Positions 25,745 to 35,161 of a stretch of 36,490 bases of DNA are shown here, one piece after another; the first letter of the stretch is position 1, and each line of letters begins with the position of its first letter. Location of the stretch: the NCBI GenBank assembly GCA_016187365.1, contig JACPJX010000024.1:1-36490 (forward strand), read 5' to 3'. The DNA comes from Candidatus Aenigmatarchaeota archaeon (lineage in GTDB: Archaea > Aenigmatarchaeota > Aenigmatarchaeia > GW2011-AR5). The notes beneath the pieces are model-generated. The model saw only the letters and a program-made list of their open reading frames with translations, had not been told where the DNA came from and made no database searches. The position numbers and the translations under genes were made by a program.

Positions 25745-26763
25745 TGTATGCAGGAGTTTTGCACGGCCCGGGAAAAATAGAATACCAAGAGGTCGATTAC
25801 CCCGAGATATCTGGAAATGAAGTTATTGTGGGGGTGAAGTATGCAGGAATATGCGGCTCCGACATACAGCGCGTGATGGTAAAAGGCGCCTATCATCATC
25901 CGCTAGTTCCAGGCCATGAATTTTCCGGCGTCATAGAAGATGCAGGAGACAGCAAATTCCATACAGGACAGAAAGTGACAGTCTATCCGCTGATACCGTG
26001 CAAGAAATGCCACTCATGCGACAGCGGATCTTATCATTTGTGTGACAATTACAATTATCTCGGATCAAGATGCGACGGGGGGTTTGCGGAATTTGTAAAA
26101 TGCCCGTCTGAAAATATCATTCCACTTCCTGAAAACATCTCTCTTGAGAATGCGGCATTCACAGAACCCGCTTCTGTCAGCTTTCATGGCGTGTCAAAAG
26201 CCGGAATAAAGGAAGGCGATACCGTGGTTGTATACGGCCTTGGAACCATAGGAATGCTGGTTGCTCAGTGGGCCAGACTGATGGGTGCAGGGCTTATAAT
26301 CGGAGTAGACAGGAATTCGTATAAGCATCTTACAGCAAAAAGCCTAGGCGTAGATTATTGCATCAGCTCAGACGAGAATTCAGCGGAAATAATAAAGGAT
26401 TTGACAGGAAACAGAGGAGCAGACTGTGCTTTCGAGTGCGCCGGCTCGGCCTCCACACAGGAAAAATGCGTCATAGTATCGAAAAAAGGCGGCAGGATTG
26501 TCATGCTTGGGAATTCAGAAAGCGACTTCAGGGTAAGGAAAGAAAACGTCCCGCAGATACTGAGAAAGGAACTTTCCATATACGGGAGCTGGAACTCGAC
26601 AATAAAAGATGACTGGACAAAATCCATAGATGCGATGAAAAACGGGAAGATAAGGTGCGCTGACATCATTACACACCGCAAAAATCTCTCTGAAATAAAG
26701 CAGGTTTTTGAGGACCTGCACCAGAAATCTTATCCATATATAAAAGTTATTTTTGTTATATAA
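25741..26763 (+). CDS. zinc-dependent MDR dehydrogenase, GatD/TarJ-like sugar-(phosphate) alcohol dehydrogenase
   Basis: GICGSD...KGAYHHPLVPGHEFSG (compare the GatD GAHYYP..LGHEFSG), a structural-Zn Cys cluster CKKCHSCDSGSYHLC, and the Rossmann motif VYGLGTIG. Confidence 0.8.
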   Translation: MMYAGVLHGPGKIEYQEVDYPEISGNEVIVGVKYAGICGSDIQRVMVKGAYHHPLVPGHEFSGVIEDAGDSKFHTGQKVTVYPLIPCKKCHSCDSGSYHLCDNYNYLGSRCDGGFAEFVKCPSENIIPLPENISLENAAFTEPASVSFHGVSKAGIKEGDTVVVYGLGTIGMLVAQWARLMGAGLIIGVDRNSYKHLTAKSLGVDYCISSDENSAEIIKDLTGNRGADCAFECAGSASTQEKCVIVSKKGGRIVMLGNSESDFRVRKENVPQILRKELSIYGSWNSTIKDDWTKSIDAMKNGKIRCADIITHRKNLSEIKQVFEDLHQKSYPYIKVIFVI

Positions 26764-26766
26764 GCG

Positions 26767-27807
26767 ATGAAAGCGGCCGTCCTTGATGCACCGAAAAAAA
26801 TCAGCGCCAAAGAAGTGCCTATGCCGACGGTAACGGATAATACAGTTCTCCTGAGGGTGAAGGCCTGCGGCATCTGCGGTTCTGACATGAAGTTTTACAA
26901 TTATGGAGACCGCGTAAAAAAGTTTCCACACATACTCGGCCATGAAGTCGCCGGAGAGGTTGTGGAAGTCGGAAAAGGCGCCGGAAAATTCAGTGTCGGA
27001 GACAGGCTTGCCGTCGCGAATGAGATACCATGCAAATCATGCCCTTCCTGCAGGCGGGGATTCGAGAGCGTATGCGACAATATATTGGGGGTCGTTGGCG
27101 TTTCTGTAAATGGCGGCTTTGCAGAATATATGCTCATGAATGAGGACCTTGTAAGACAGGGACCTGTCAACAGGATGCCAGACAATATCTCGTTCGAGGA
27201 AGGGGCACTGGCGGAGCCTCTTGGCTGCGTCGTCAACGGGCTTGAATTTGCAAATATGGAAGAAGGCAAGGACGTTCTTGTCATAGGCACCGGACCCATA
27301 GGATGCATGGCAATAAGCCTTGCAAGAATTCTCGGCGCGTCGAAGATAACGGCAGCGGACAAAAACCCTATGCGGCTGGACATGGCACGCGCATTCGGCG
27401 CAGACCATTATATTTATGCGGAAAATGAGTACATTAGCGAAGCCATAGGCGTCACGAACGGAAAGGGATATGACGTCGTGATGTCGGCATGCAGCGACAT
27501 TTCAGCGCACCAAAACGCCATAATGGCGTCTGCAAAAGGCGGGTTTGTAAACCTGTTCGGGGGCGTCGCGAAAGGGCTTCCTGACACAGTCTCTTTTCCG
27601 AGCAACTTCATCCATTACAGGCAGTCGGCGATAGGCGGCTCGTTTTCCCAGACGAAAGATCACCACGGAAAAGCCCTTAAATATCTTGCAAGCGGTATGA
27701 TAAAAACGAAAAAAATAATCACCCACAGGTTTGCCTTGGATGAAATAGAAATGGCAATGGAAGCCGTGCAGAACGCCAAAGGCCTGAAAGTTATGCTAAT
27801 TCCATGA
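26767..27807 (+). CDS. zinc-dependent MDR dehydrogenase (sorbitol/threonine dehydrogenase-like)
   Basis: CGICGSDMKFY, LGHEVAGEVVEVG, CKSCPSCRRGFESVC, VIGTGPIG. Confidence 0.8.
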   Translation: MKAAVLDAPKKISAKEVPMPTVTDNTVLLRVKACGICGSDMKFYNYGDRVKKFPHILGHEVAGEVVEVGKGAGKFSVGDRLAVANEIPCKSCPSCRRGFESVCDNILGVVGVSVNGGFAEYMLMNEDLVRQGPVNRMPDNISFEEGALAEPLGCVVNGLEFANMEEGKDVLVIGTGPIGCMAISLARILGASKITAADKNPMRLDMARAFGADHYIYAENEYISEAIGVTNGKGYDVVMSACSDISAHQNAIMASAKGGFVNLFGGVAKGLPDTVSFPSNFIHYRQSAIGGSFSQTKDHHGKALKYLASGMIKTKKIITHRFALDEIEMAMEAVQNAKGLKVMLIP

Positions 27808-27817
27808 GAAGATATGT

Positions 27818-28717
27818 ATGAAACTGAAGCTAGGGATAAACACAGGATTCGCAGTCAACAGATTCCCGGAACCGGAAGAATGGTCAAGGATCGTAGGCGA
27901 TCTGGGTCTCAGGCACGTGCAGTTCACCGCCGATATGCTGAATGCCGCCCTCCCTGATGAAATAGTAAACGACCACATATCAAGAATAAACGAATGTTCA
28001 AGGGCAAACGGCTTCGCAATAGAAACAACATTCACCGGAGCTTTCACACGGGTCAACCATCTCTCCCATCCCGATGAATCCCTACGCAAATACTGGATAT
28101 CGTGGTTTAAGAGGTATGCAGAAATTTCAAGACGCCTCGGGGCGGAAAGCATGGGAAGTCATTTCGGTATCATGAGCGTTCGCGACCTGAAGGAAAGGAA
28201 AGATGAGATGCTGCAGAGGAATATTGACGGCTGGAAGGAGATATCAGTACATGCAAAAGCCACAGGGCTCAAGTATCTCACATGGGAACCCATGTCCATA
28301 CCGCGCGAATATGGCGAGAGCATAGAGGAAACAAGGAAGATACATTCCATTGTAAACAGACATACCGCCATCCCGATGAAACTATGCCTCGATGTCGATC
28401 ACGGCGACGTATCATCAAAGAACCCCAGAGACACGGACCCCTATGAATGGTTAATGGAATTTGCGAAAGAAGCCCCTATCATTCATATAAAACAAAGCCT
28501 GAAAGACAAGGGCGGCCACTGGCCTTTCATACATGAGAAGAACAAGGACGGAAAAATCATACCGGAAAAAATTTTACAGGCCCTTGAGGATGCCGGAGTG
28601 AAGGAGACAACCCTCCTCCTCGAGCTCTCATTCAGGGAAAGGGAGCCGTTTGAAAGCACAATATTGAACGATTTAAAGGCTTCTGTGGATTTCTGGAGGC
28701 CGTATGTGCCAGATTAA
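27818..28717 (+). CDS. sugar phosphate isomerase/epimerase (xylose-isomerase-like TIM barrel)
   Basis: Size and pattern of the AP-endonuclease-2/TIM family: an early GLRHVQF, a mid LGAESMGSHFG, then LTWEP and LCLDVDHGD. Confidence 0.6.
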   Translation: MKLKLGINTGFAVNRFPEPEEWSRIVGDLGLRHVQFTADMLNAALPDEIVNDHISRINECSRANGFAIETTFTGAFTRVNHLSHPDESLRKYWISWFKRYAEISRRLGAESMGSHFGIMSVRDLKERKDEMLQRNIDGWKEISVHAKATGLKYLTWEPMSIPREYGESIEETRKIHSIVNRHTAIPMKLCLDVDHGDVSSKNPRDTDPYEWLMEFAKEAPIIHIKQSLKDKGGHWPFIHEKNKDGKIIPEKILQALEDAGVKETTLLLELSFREREPFESTILNDLKASVDFWRPYVPD

Positions 28718-28749
28718 GGTTTAAATGCATAAAATCCACTCTTTTTTGA

Positions 28750-29640
28750 ATGAAGATTGTCATTCCTATGGCTGGCATTGGTAACCGCTTCCTTCAGCAG
28801 GGTTATCAAATACCAAAACCCCTCATAAAGATAGACGGCAGGCCGATGATAGAGCATGTATGTGATGCCTTCTCCCATGATGACGAGTTCCTTTTCATAT
28901 GCAACAAAGAACACGTTGAAAACACCGAGATGAAAAGCGTCCTTTCGGGCATAGCAAAAAACGCCTCCATAGTGGCCATAGAGCAGCATAAACTCGGTCC
29001 CGTGCATTCAGTACTGCTTGCAAAGGACGCCGTTGATGACGGCGAGGAGGTCATAGTCAATTACTGCGATTTCACGATTGAATGGGATTACAAAAAATTC
29101 ATGGAATTCATGCGTTCCAACAATGCCGACGGCGGCATCCCGTCGTTCCGGGGGTTTCATCCGGCCTCTCTCGGAAACACAAAATATGCGTACCTGAAGA
29201 CAGACGTCTCACTTCACGTTTCTGAAATAATGGAAAAGGAGTGTTTCTCCGATGACAAGATGCAGGATTTTGCTGCCACAGGTACCCATTACTTCCGTAC
29301 GGGGGCATTAATGAAGAAATACTTTTCACGTGCCGTTGCCGAAGGCCTCTCGATAAATGGCGAGTTTTATGCCAGCCTGCCTTTCAACCTCATGATAAGA
29401 GACGGGCTCAGGGTTCTTGCATTTGAGGTGAAAAAATTCATATGCTTCGGGACTCCTTACGACCTCAACCAGTATGATGCATGGTCGTATCATTTCTCTC
29501 ACCTGTCAAACGGCGGCTTCACAAGCAATGCCGACCTTTCAGGCGTGCCCATGAAGGAGAGCATAAACAACCTTCTGGGCCAGAACGAGTACTGGCGTGA
29601 CTACTTCAGGAAAAAACCATATCATCCCTACGGGAAGTAA
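28750..29640 (+). CDS. sugar-phosphate nucleotidyltransferase (NTP-transferase fold)
   Basis: N-terminal MKIVIPMAGIGNRF....IPKPLIKIDGRPMIEHV is the G-x-G-x-R...PK(P) nucleotide-binding signature. About 60 aa of C-terminal extension. Confidence 0.7.
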   Translation: MKIVIPMAGIGNRFLQQGYQIPKPLIKIDGRPMIEHVCDAFSHDDEFLFICNKEHVENTEMKSVLSGIAKNASIVAIEQHKLGPVHSVLLAKDAVDDGEEVIVNYCDFTIEWDYKKFMEFMRSNNADGGIPSFRGFHPASLGNTKYAYLKTDVSLHVSEIMEKECFSDDKMQDFAATGTHYFRTGALMKKYFSRAVAEGLSINGEFYASLPFNLMIRDGLRVLAFEVKKFICFGTPYDLNQYDAWSYHFSHLSNGGFTSNADLSGVPMKESINNLLGQNEYWRDYFRKKPYHPYGK

Positions 29641-29649
29641 CGATATCAA

Positions 29650-30666
29650 TCATACAGCCACTTCCTCATAAACTTTCTTCGTCTTTTTCGAGGTTTTTTT
29701 CCATGTAAATTTTTTTGCATGTTTTACGGATTTCGCTGACATCTTTCTGGAAAGTTTCCTGCTTTCCAGTATCATCGACACCTTATTGCATATCTCGGAC
29801 GCGTCAAGGGGGTTGAAATACAGTGGCGCATCCCCCAGTATCTCAGGCACAGCGGCGGCATCGCTTGCCGCCACAGGACAGCCGCATGCCATCGCTTCGA
29901 GAGGTGCGAACCCGAACCCTTCAAAAAGAGACGGGTATACGAATGCCTTTGCACTGGAATAATATTCTGCCATCTGTTTCTGCGTAAGGTTTCCAGTGAC
30001 TATCACATCTCTTTCAAGCCCCATTGAAAGTATCTTTTTCCAAATGAAAGGATTATTGTAGTTCTTCACAAGTTTGATTTCAGGGTATTCCTTCTTTAGC
30101 ATGCAAAATGCCTCTATAAACGCCGCGACATTTTTCCTCTTCTCCTCCGAGCCAAAATATACTATGTAGTCAGTGTCATTCTTTTTCTTTCTCGGCCAGA
30201 AATCCTCCGATATTCCGGAATGAATCACGTATATTTTCCCACCGTCAACACCAAGATATTTTACCAGTTGATGCTTGGTGAATTCTGAAACAGCTATAAT
30301 TTTTTCACACTTCTCCACACCCCTTATCATGAGCCTTGAGAATGCAGCATACTTTCTGTTTTCAAAGAATTCAGGGTTGGAAAATGCCATAAGGTCGTGG
30401 CATGTTGCAATGGTGCGATTTTTCATCCCGAATCTGCTGAAATACCCGAAAGTCTGGGAAGCGAGATGGAGTATCCCGCCAGGCGGCAGGCTTTTCTTTA
30501 CAAACTTCGGATATCGTATATAATCCATAATACCTGACATTTTTTTTTCCACGATGACAATTTTCACGTCCTTGTCCATGTTTTTTACCAGATTTAACGC
30601 ATAGTTTTTTATCCCCCAGTTATATTTGCCGCTCATGTCATTTGCCGCGATTGTGACGTTCATCAT
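29650..30666 (-). CDS. GT4 (group 1) glycosyltransferase
   Basis: FVYPSLFEGFGFAPLEAMACGCPVAASD is the E-x7-E retaining GT-B signature. Confidence 0.85.
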   Translation of the reverse strand: MMNVTIAANDMSGKYNWGIKNYALNLVKNMDKDVKIVIVEKKMSGIMDYIRYPKFVKKSLPPGGILHLASQTFGYFSRFGMKNRTIATCHDLMAFSNPEFFENRKYAAFSRLMIRGVEKCEKIIAVSEFTKHQLVKYLGVDGGKIYVIHSGISEDFWPRKKKNDTDYIVYFGSEEKRKNVAAFIEAFCMLKKEYPEIKLVKNYNNPFIWKKILSMGLERDVIVTGNLTQKQMAEYYSSAKAFVYPSLFEGFGFAPLEAMACGCPVAASDAAAVPEILGDAPLYFNPLDASEICNKVSMILESRKLSRKMSAKSVKHAKKFTWKKTSKKTKKVYEEVAV

Positions 30667-32171
30667 CTGGAATACCTCTCCAATAATCTTAAGATTCTTT
30701 CAGGCATAATGCCGGAGCTCTTTACTATACGCATATCAGAGCTGTTGAAGAGCCTGACTTTAAGAAAGAAGGAAAGGTAGAAAGCTGCTGCAAAAGTTAC
30801 GGATATCACGGCTTCTGTGAATATATTCATGTTAAGGACATTCTTTGTCATATAAATTATGAGCATAGAAAGCAGAGAAGCCGCGAATATGGCAGATATT
30901 TCCTTTAATGGAATGGTTATTCTGAAATGCCCCCCAAGATACCTGTATAATATCACGAACCCTACTATGTAGGATGAGGCCGTAGAAACAGCGGCCCCTT
31001 CAATCCCGAAAACCGGTATTATCATGATGTTTGCCGCAAGATTGTACAGGGAAATAATAATTATGGCTGTGGTGTTTTTTCTGGGCTGGCCTATAGCATT
31101 CAGAATTACGGAGAACACCATATTCATGCTGAAAAATATCATCCCAAAACTCAGTATCTGGAGGGAAAGGCTTGAACTGAGATAATTGCCGCCAAAGAAT
31201 ATGTTGATTATTATCTCAGGGAACGCCATGAACAGGAGGCTTATGAACGCCATGAACAGGAATATCGATTTTATCATGAACCCCATGTATCCGGATATAT
31301 CGCTCTTTCTGCCTTTTGACCAGACCTCAGATATGACGGGAAAAAGTATGGCTGTGAATGATGATGAAAATATAAGAAGCATCTGGGATGTTGAGACTGA
31401 TACTTGGTAAAGCCCCACCTCATAAAGCGACCTGAAATACGTTAATACCATAGTGTCTGCGTACCCTATGACAAAGGTTGCGACGTTTCCCATGAAAATG
31501 AAAGAGCCAAAGACTGCAAGCGGCTTTAAAATATTCCCGGAAGATGGATCAGAATTTCTAAAACCTCCAACCACCCTCGCTACATAGATTACCATAAAGG
31601 CTTGTATTGCCAACGAAGCCAAAAAATAACTAATCGCTATGTTTTCTATATTCGCGCCGCCGAACAGGAAAATAAATATAAATATCGTTATTATTCTGAC
31701 AGTCTCGACAAGCGAAAAGACCACCATTTTTTGCAGCCCCTGCAGCAGCATCTTGAGAAATATCACACCCAGAACTATCTCAATAGAAAACAATTTTATG
31801 AGGAACGACGCCTTTTCATTGTGAAAAAATCCGATAGAAATATAATCAGACAGAAGAAAGAGCGCAAGACCTATAAACGCGCCTATGGCAAATTGCACGA
31901 GAAACGACGCCTTTATTACCCGCTTTATGTCGTTGTATCTGCCATTCACTTCAAATTCAGGCACATATTTTACAAGAGCCGTGCCTATCCCGAAATCCTT
32001 CATCACCCAGAAAAAAGAGAAAAAAGCCAGAACCGAATAGAAAAGGCCGAAGTCCTCCACCGCCGTGTTCCTTGCTATAAAAAGCCGCAGCATATAGCCA
32101 AGGACAGCCCCCATAAGAGAAAATACAAAGACTATTATTGTGGCCCTGGCTATCCTGCATGTATAGTTCAT
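30663..32171 (-). CDS. Wzx-like oligosaccharide flippase (MOP superfamily polysaccharide biosynthesis protein)
   Basis: 502 aa with about 12-14 TM segments. The N-terminus is typical of PF01943-type flippases. The stop overlaps the GT4 start by 4 nt. Confidence 0.75.
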   Translation of the reverse strand: MNYTCRIARATIIVFVFSLMGAVLGYMLRLFIARNTAVEDFGLFYSVLAFFSFFWVMKDFGIGTALVKYVPEFEVNGRYNDIKRVIKASFLVQFAIGAFIGLALFLLSDYISIGFFHNEKASFLIKLFSIEIVLGVIFLKMLLQGLQKMVVFSLVETVRIITIFIFIFLFGGANIENIAISYFLASLAIQAFMVIYVARVVGGFRNSDPSSGNILKPLAVFGSFIFMGNVATFVIGYADTMVLTYFRSLYEVGLYQVSVSTSQMLLIFSSSFTAILFPVISEVWSKGRKSDISGYMGFMIKSIFLFMAFISLLFMAFPEIIINIFFGGNYLSSSLSLQILSFGMIFFSMNMVFSVILNAIGQPRKNTTAIIIISLYNLAANIMIIPVFGIEGAAVSTASSYIVGFVILYRYLGGHFRITIPLKEISAIFAASLLSMLIIYMTKNVLNMNIFTEAVISVTFAAAFYLSFFLKVRLFNSSDMRIVKSSGIMPERILRLLERYSR

Positions 32172-32265
32172 GCCTGATATTTCAGGGAAACATCTTTTAA
32201 ATGCATCATAGAACGATTATCTAATCGTCTCAACAATTTAAGACATTTGGCTCATATTCACCATC

Positions 32266-32802
32266 ATGATGAAGAGGCTGAACATCGGCTGCGGCACTGA
32301 TATAAAGGAAGGCTGGATAAACCTCGATTCCGCCGCCATTAAAGGCGTCGATGTAGTACATGACATAGAAAAACTCCCCCTTCCATTCAAGAGAGGGGAG
32401 TTTGACGAGGTGCTTTGCCGGAATATACTGGAGCATGTTGATTACATCCCGGTCCTGAAAGATATCCACAGGATAATGAAAAATGGGGGGAGGCTGATCA
32501 TAACGGCCCCTCATTTCACCTCAAAGCACAATTTCATCGACCCTACGCACAAAAAGATGTTTTCGATCAGCACGTTCGATTTTTTTGTCGAGGGCTCAAA
32601 AATACGCAGGGATTACTATTTCGGCTTCTCTTTTGGCGCGATAGAATATTCCAAAATCACATTCCAGAAAGGGATGTTTTTATACAATCATGTTGTAGAG
32701 AAGATTGTAAATTCCAGCCGCGGGATGATGCAATTTTATGAATCCACGCTGCTTTCCAGGCTGTTCCCAGCCCAGGATATTGAGGCATGCCTCGTTAAAT
32801 GA
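32266..32802 (+). CDS. class I SAM-dependent methyltransferase
   Basis: LNIGCGTDIKEGWINLD (motif I) ... FDEVLCRNILEHV ... MKNGGRLIITAP. Confidence 0.8.
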   Translation: MMKRLNIGCGTDIKEGWINLDSAAIKGVDVVHDIEKLPLPFKRGEFDEVLCRNILEHVDYIPVLKDIHRIMKNGGRLIITAPHFTSKHNFIDPTHKKMFSISTFDFFVEGSKIRRDYYFGFSFGAIEYSKITFQKGMFLYNHVVEKIVNSSRGMMQFYESTLLSRLFPAQDIEACLVK

Positions 32803-34449
32803 TCACCATACAACTTCTACTCCATTCCCGATGACAAGGTATCTGACGTTATATTTCCTTAGCACACCAAGCCTGTCGTTTTCACCCATTTCCGGCAGTT
32901 TTTTGTAGTTTTCCACCTTTTCCCAGTAATCCCTTATGACGTAACCGTTCCCGGAAAGAACAGATTTTTTACCGATATAATATGGAACGAGATCCGACCG
33001 CCCAACGTCAATAAATACAACTCCGTCTTCCATATCCCTGAGCGGCATTATGGAATCAAATTTTTCTTTCTCTATGTAAAGATCATGATTAATTTCGGGG
33101 CTTACCATATAATAATTGTAGACCAGTATTGTCGGCATCGACAGCAAAATTACGGCAAACACTGTACAGGCAGATTTTATGTTATGGCTACGGGAAAATC
33201 TTATCACACCCTTTGCCGCCAGGATTGACAATGGTATCGTAGAAACCCCTATCGTCCTGCCGGCAATCCAGACAGCAAGATCCTGCGGAAACATCGAAAT
33301 AAAAACCACCGCGTATGCCCACAAGAACAGAAACCCGTCAATGTTACCCGCAAAAAAATTCCTGTTTTTCCTGAAAATGGCGTAAATAAATGCCGCCATA
33401 TATACGATAAAAAATGATTGCATCACCAAAGACAGGTGCCTTTCGATTTTAATGTCCAAATTCAGCGATTTCTTTATGCCGGCAAGTTCTGCGTCCCCAT
33501 GAATGCCCGCCTGGCCTATTGTGGAAACAACGAAAGCAGCCAGAAAGGCCACTGCAAATATTTTCCACCCCGGAAGCGACAGCTTTCCCCTGAGGTAATA
33601 AAACGAAAAGAAGAACAGAAAGGCCATGGATATGACCAGGGTAGGCAGAAATTCGCCTATGCCTGTGCTGATACTTGCCCTATAAACTCTTATATATTCG
33701 CCGCCGCTCAGGAAAGTAAAAACCCATGGCGATGCAAAAGCCGCAACCACCGGAAGAAATTTTATGGCGGTTCTCTTCCTGATACCAAAGGACAAAACAT
33801 AAATTATATGCGCAAGGAAAAACATGAAGCCGTAGTTAGGATAGACAAATATACAGAGGCCAAGAAAAATACTTGATGCCAGAAGCCTCTTCTTTGAGAG
33901 AAAATAAAGCGAGACTACTCCTAGAAAAGGCGAGAGGGAATAGTATATGGCTTCGTCATTCTTGAAGCCGCCGTACCCAAATCCTGCCTGTATCCCCTTT
34001 CCAAGAATGTCAGGATAAAATATCCCGAGAGCGGCAAGAATTGCTCCGCCAAGACCGGCGGAAATCATGTAAATAAGCGTTGAGTAAATGCCGGTTTCGT
34101 TTCTGCCGGAAAATATATATATCGAGATGCCGGCAGCGAAAAGAAACACGCTTATCGCCAGGAAAAACCCAATCCAGTCGGATATGAAAACCCCGAGCAA
34201 AACAAGGATCCATGTGCTTCCGACACCGGAGGTGGAAAAAACGCTCTCCGTTTCTTCGGCATTCCACGGATTCTGATAGCCTATTTTGCCAGATGTTATA
34301 ATGTCCATGTTAAGCATGTAGGCCCTTCCGGAAGAAACAAAGTAAGACCCCTCGGGAGTGTTTATGTAAGAATAAACATACCTCATTAAAGGGATGGAAG
34401 AGATGATTATCAAAATAACAAGGAAAACCGCCGTTTTTCTTTCCATCAA
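32803..34449 (-). CDS. large polytopic membrane protein with a C-terminal soluble domain (GT-C-like / glycan polymerase candidate)
   Basis: 548 aa with more than 10 hydrophobic segments, then a soluble tail of about 90 aa ending ...LRKYNVRYLVIGNG. I saw no AglB WWDYG motif. The family was not recognised precisely. Confidence 0.55.
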   Translation of the reverse strand: MMERKTAVFLVILIIISSIPLMRYVYSYINTPEGSYFVSSGRAYMLNMDIITSGKIGYQNPWNAEETESVFSTSGVGSTWILVLLGVFISDWIGFFLAISVFLFAAGISIYIFSGRNETGIYSTLIYMISAGLGGAILAALGIFYPDILGKGIQAGFGYGGFKNDEAIYYSLSPFLGVVSLYFLSKKRLLASSIFLGLCIFVYPNYGFMFFLAHIIYVLSFGIRKRTAIKFLPVVAAFASPWVFTFLSGGEYIRVYRASISTGIGEFLPTLVISMAFLFFFSFYYLRGKLSLPGWKIFAVAFLAAFVVSTIGQAGIHGDAELAGIKKSLNLDIKIERHLSLVMQSFFIVYMAAFIYAIFRKNRNFFAGNIDGFLFLWAYAVVFISMFPQDLAVWIAGRTIGVSTIPLSILAAKGVIRFSRSHNIKSACTVFAVILLSMPTILVYNYYMVSPEINHDLYIEKEKFDSIMPLRDMEDGVVFIDVGRSDLVPYYIGKKSVLSGNGYVIRDYWEKVENYKKLPEMGENDRLGVLRKYNVRYLVIGNGVEVVW

Positions 34450-34532
34450 AATCCCGCCATGAATGATGAATATGGTAGAATTTCAGGCATTTATAACTAT
34501 CCAAAGAAGCAGTCATATCAGGGACGTTCACG

Positions 34533-35161
34533 ATGAAACATGAAATTTCCGATATTTCCGTGGTAGTCCCCACAAAAAACGAGGAAAAAATAATCGAAAA
34601 AAATCTCAGGAAAATACACAATTACCTGAAAAAATGCAATTCTGTGAGGAAATTTGAGATTCTCGTGTGCGATTTTAGCACGGATTCAACGCCGGCAAAG
34701 GCGCAAAACATCTCAAAAGAACTCCGTGAAGTGAGATATACATGTCATGGAACACCCGCGTCATAGAAAATTCCATAAAGGCGATAAATCACGGGCATGA
34801 CGTTGCGCTTGGATCAAGGGCTGCTGCCGGATCTTCCGTCAAAAGGGCTCTCAACAGGAGGATATTCTCTTTTACCTATAACATCATGCTAAGAATATTA
34901 TTCGGGCTGGACATCGGGGACACCCAGGGAACTGTCGCAATAAAAAAATCCGATTTAGGGAAGTACGAAGACAACCTATTATTCGATGATCCATTTCTCC
35001 AGACGGAAATTCTGATACACTCCAGAAAGCTCGGACTAAACATAGTTGAAATACCGGTAAATGTGACTGACACAAGGAAAGAATCCAAAATACGGCCTGT
35101 GAGAACAGGCCTCAAGATGTCCTCAAGCATGCTGAAAAAATTCATGTCCCTGTATTTTTAG
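34533..35161 (+). pseudogene. GT2 glycosyltransferase remnant (frameshift plus apparent internal deletion of the DxD region)
   Basis: ORF A (34533-34766) carries ISVVVPTKNEE ... ILVCDFSTDST ... VRY, then stops. ORF B (34742-35161, different frame) resumes at ...IKAINHGHDVALGSR and continues through the GT2 C-terminal half. The roughly 35-45 residues that normally hold GKG...DAD between these points are absent. Confidence 0.65.
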
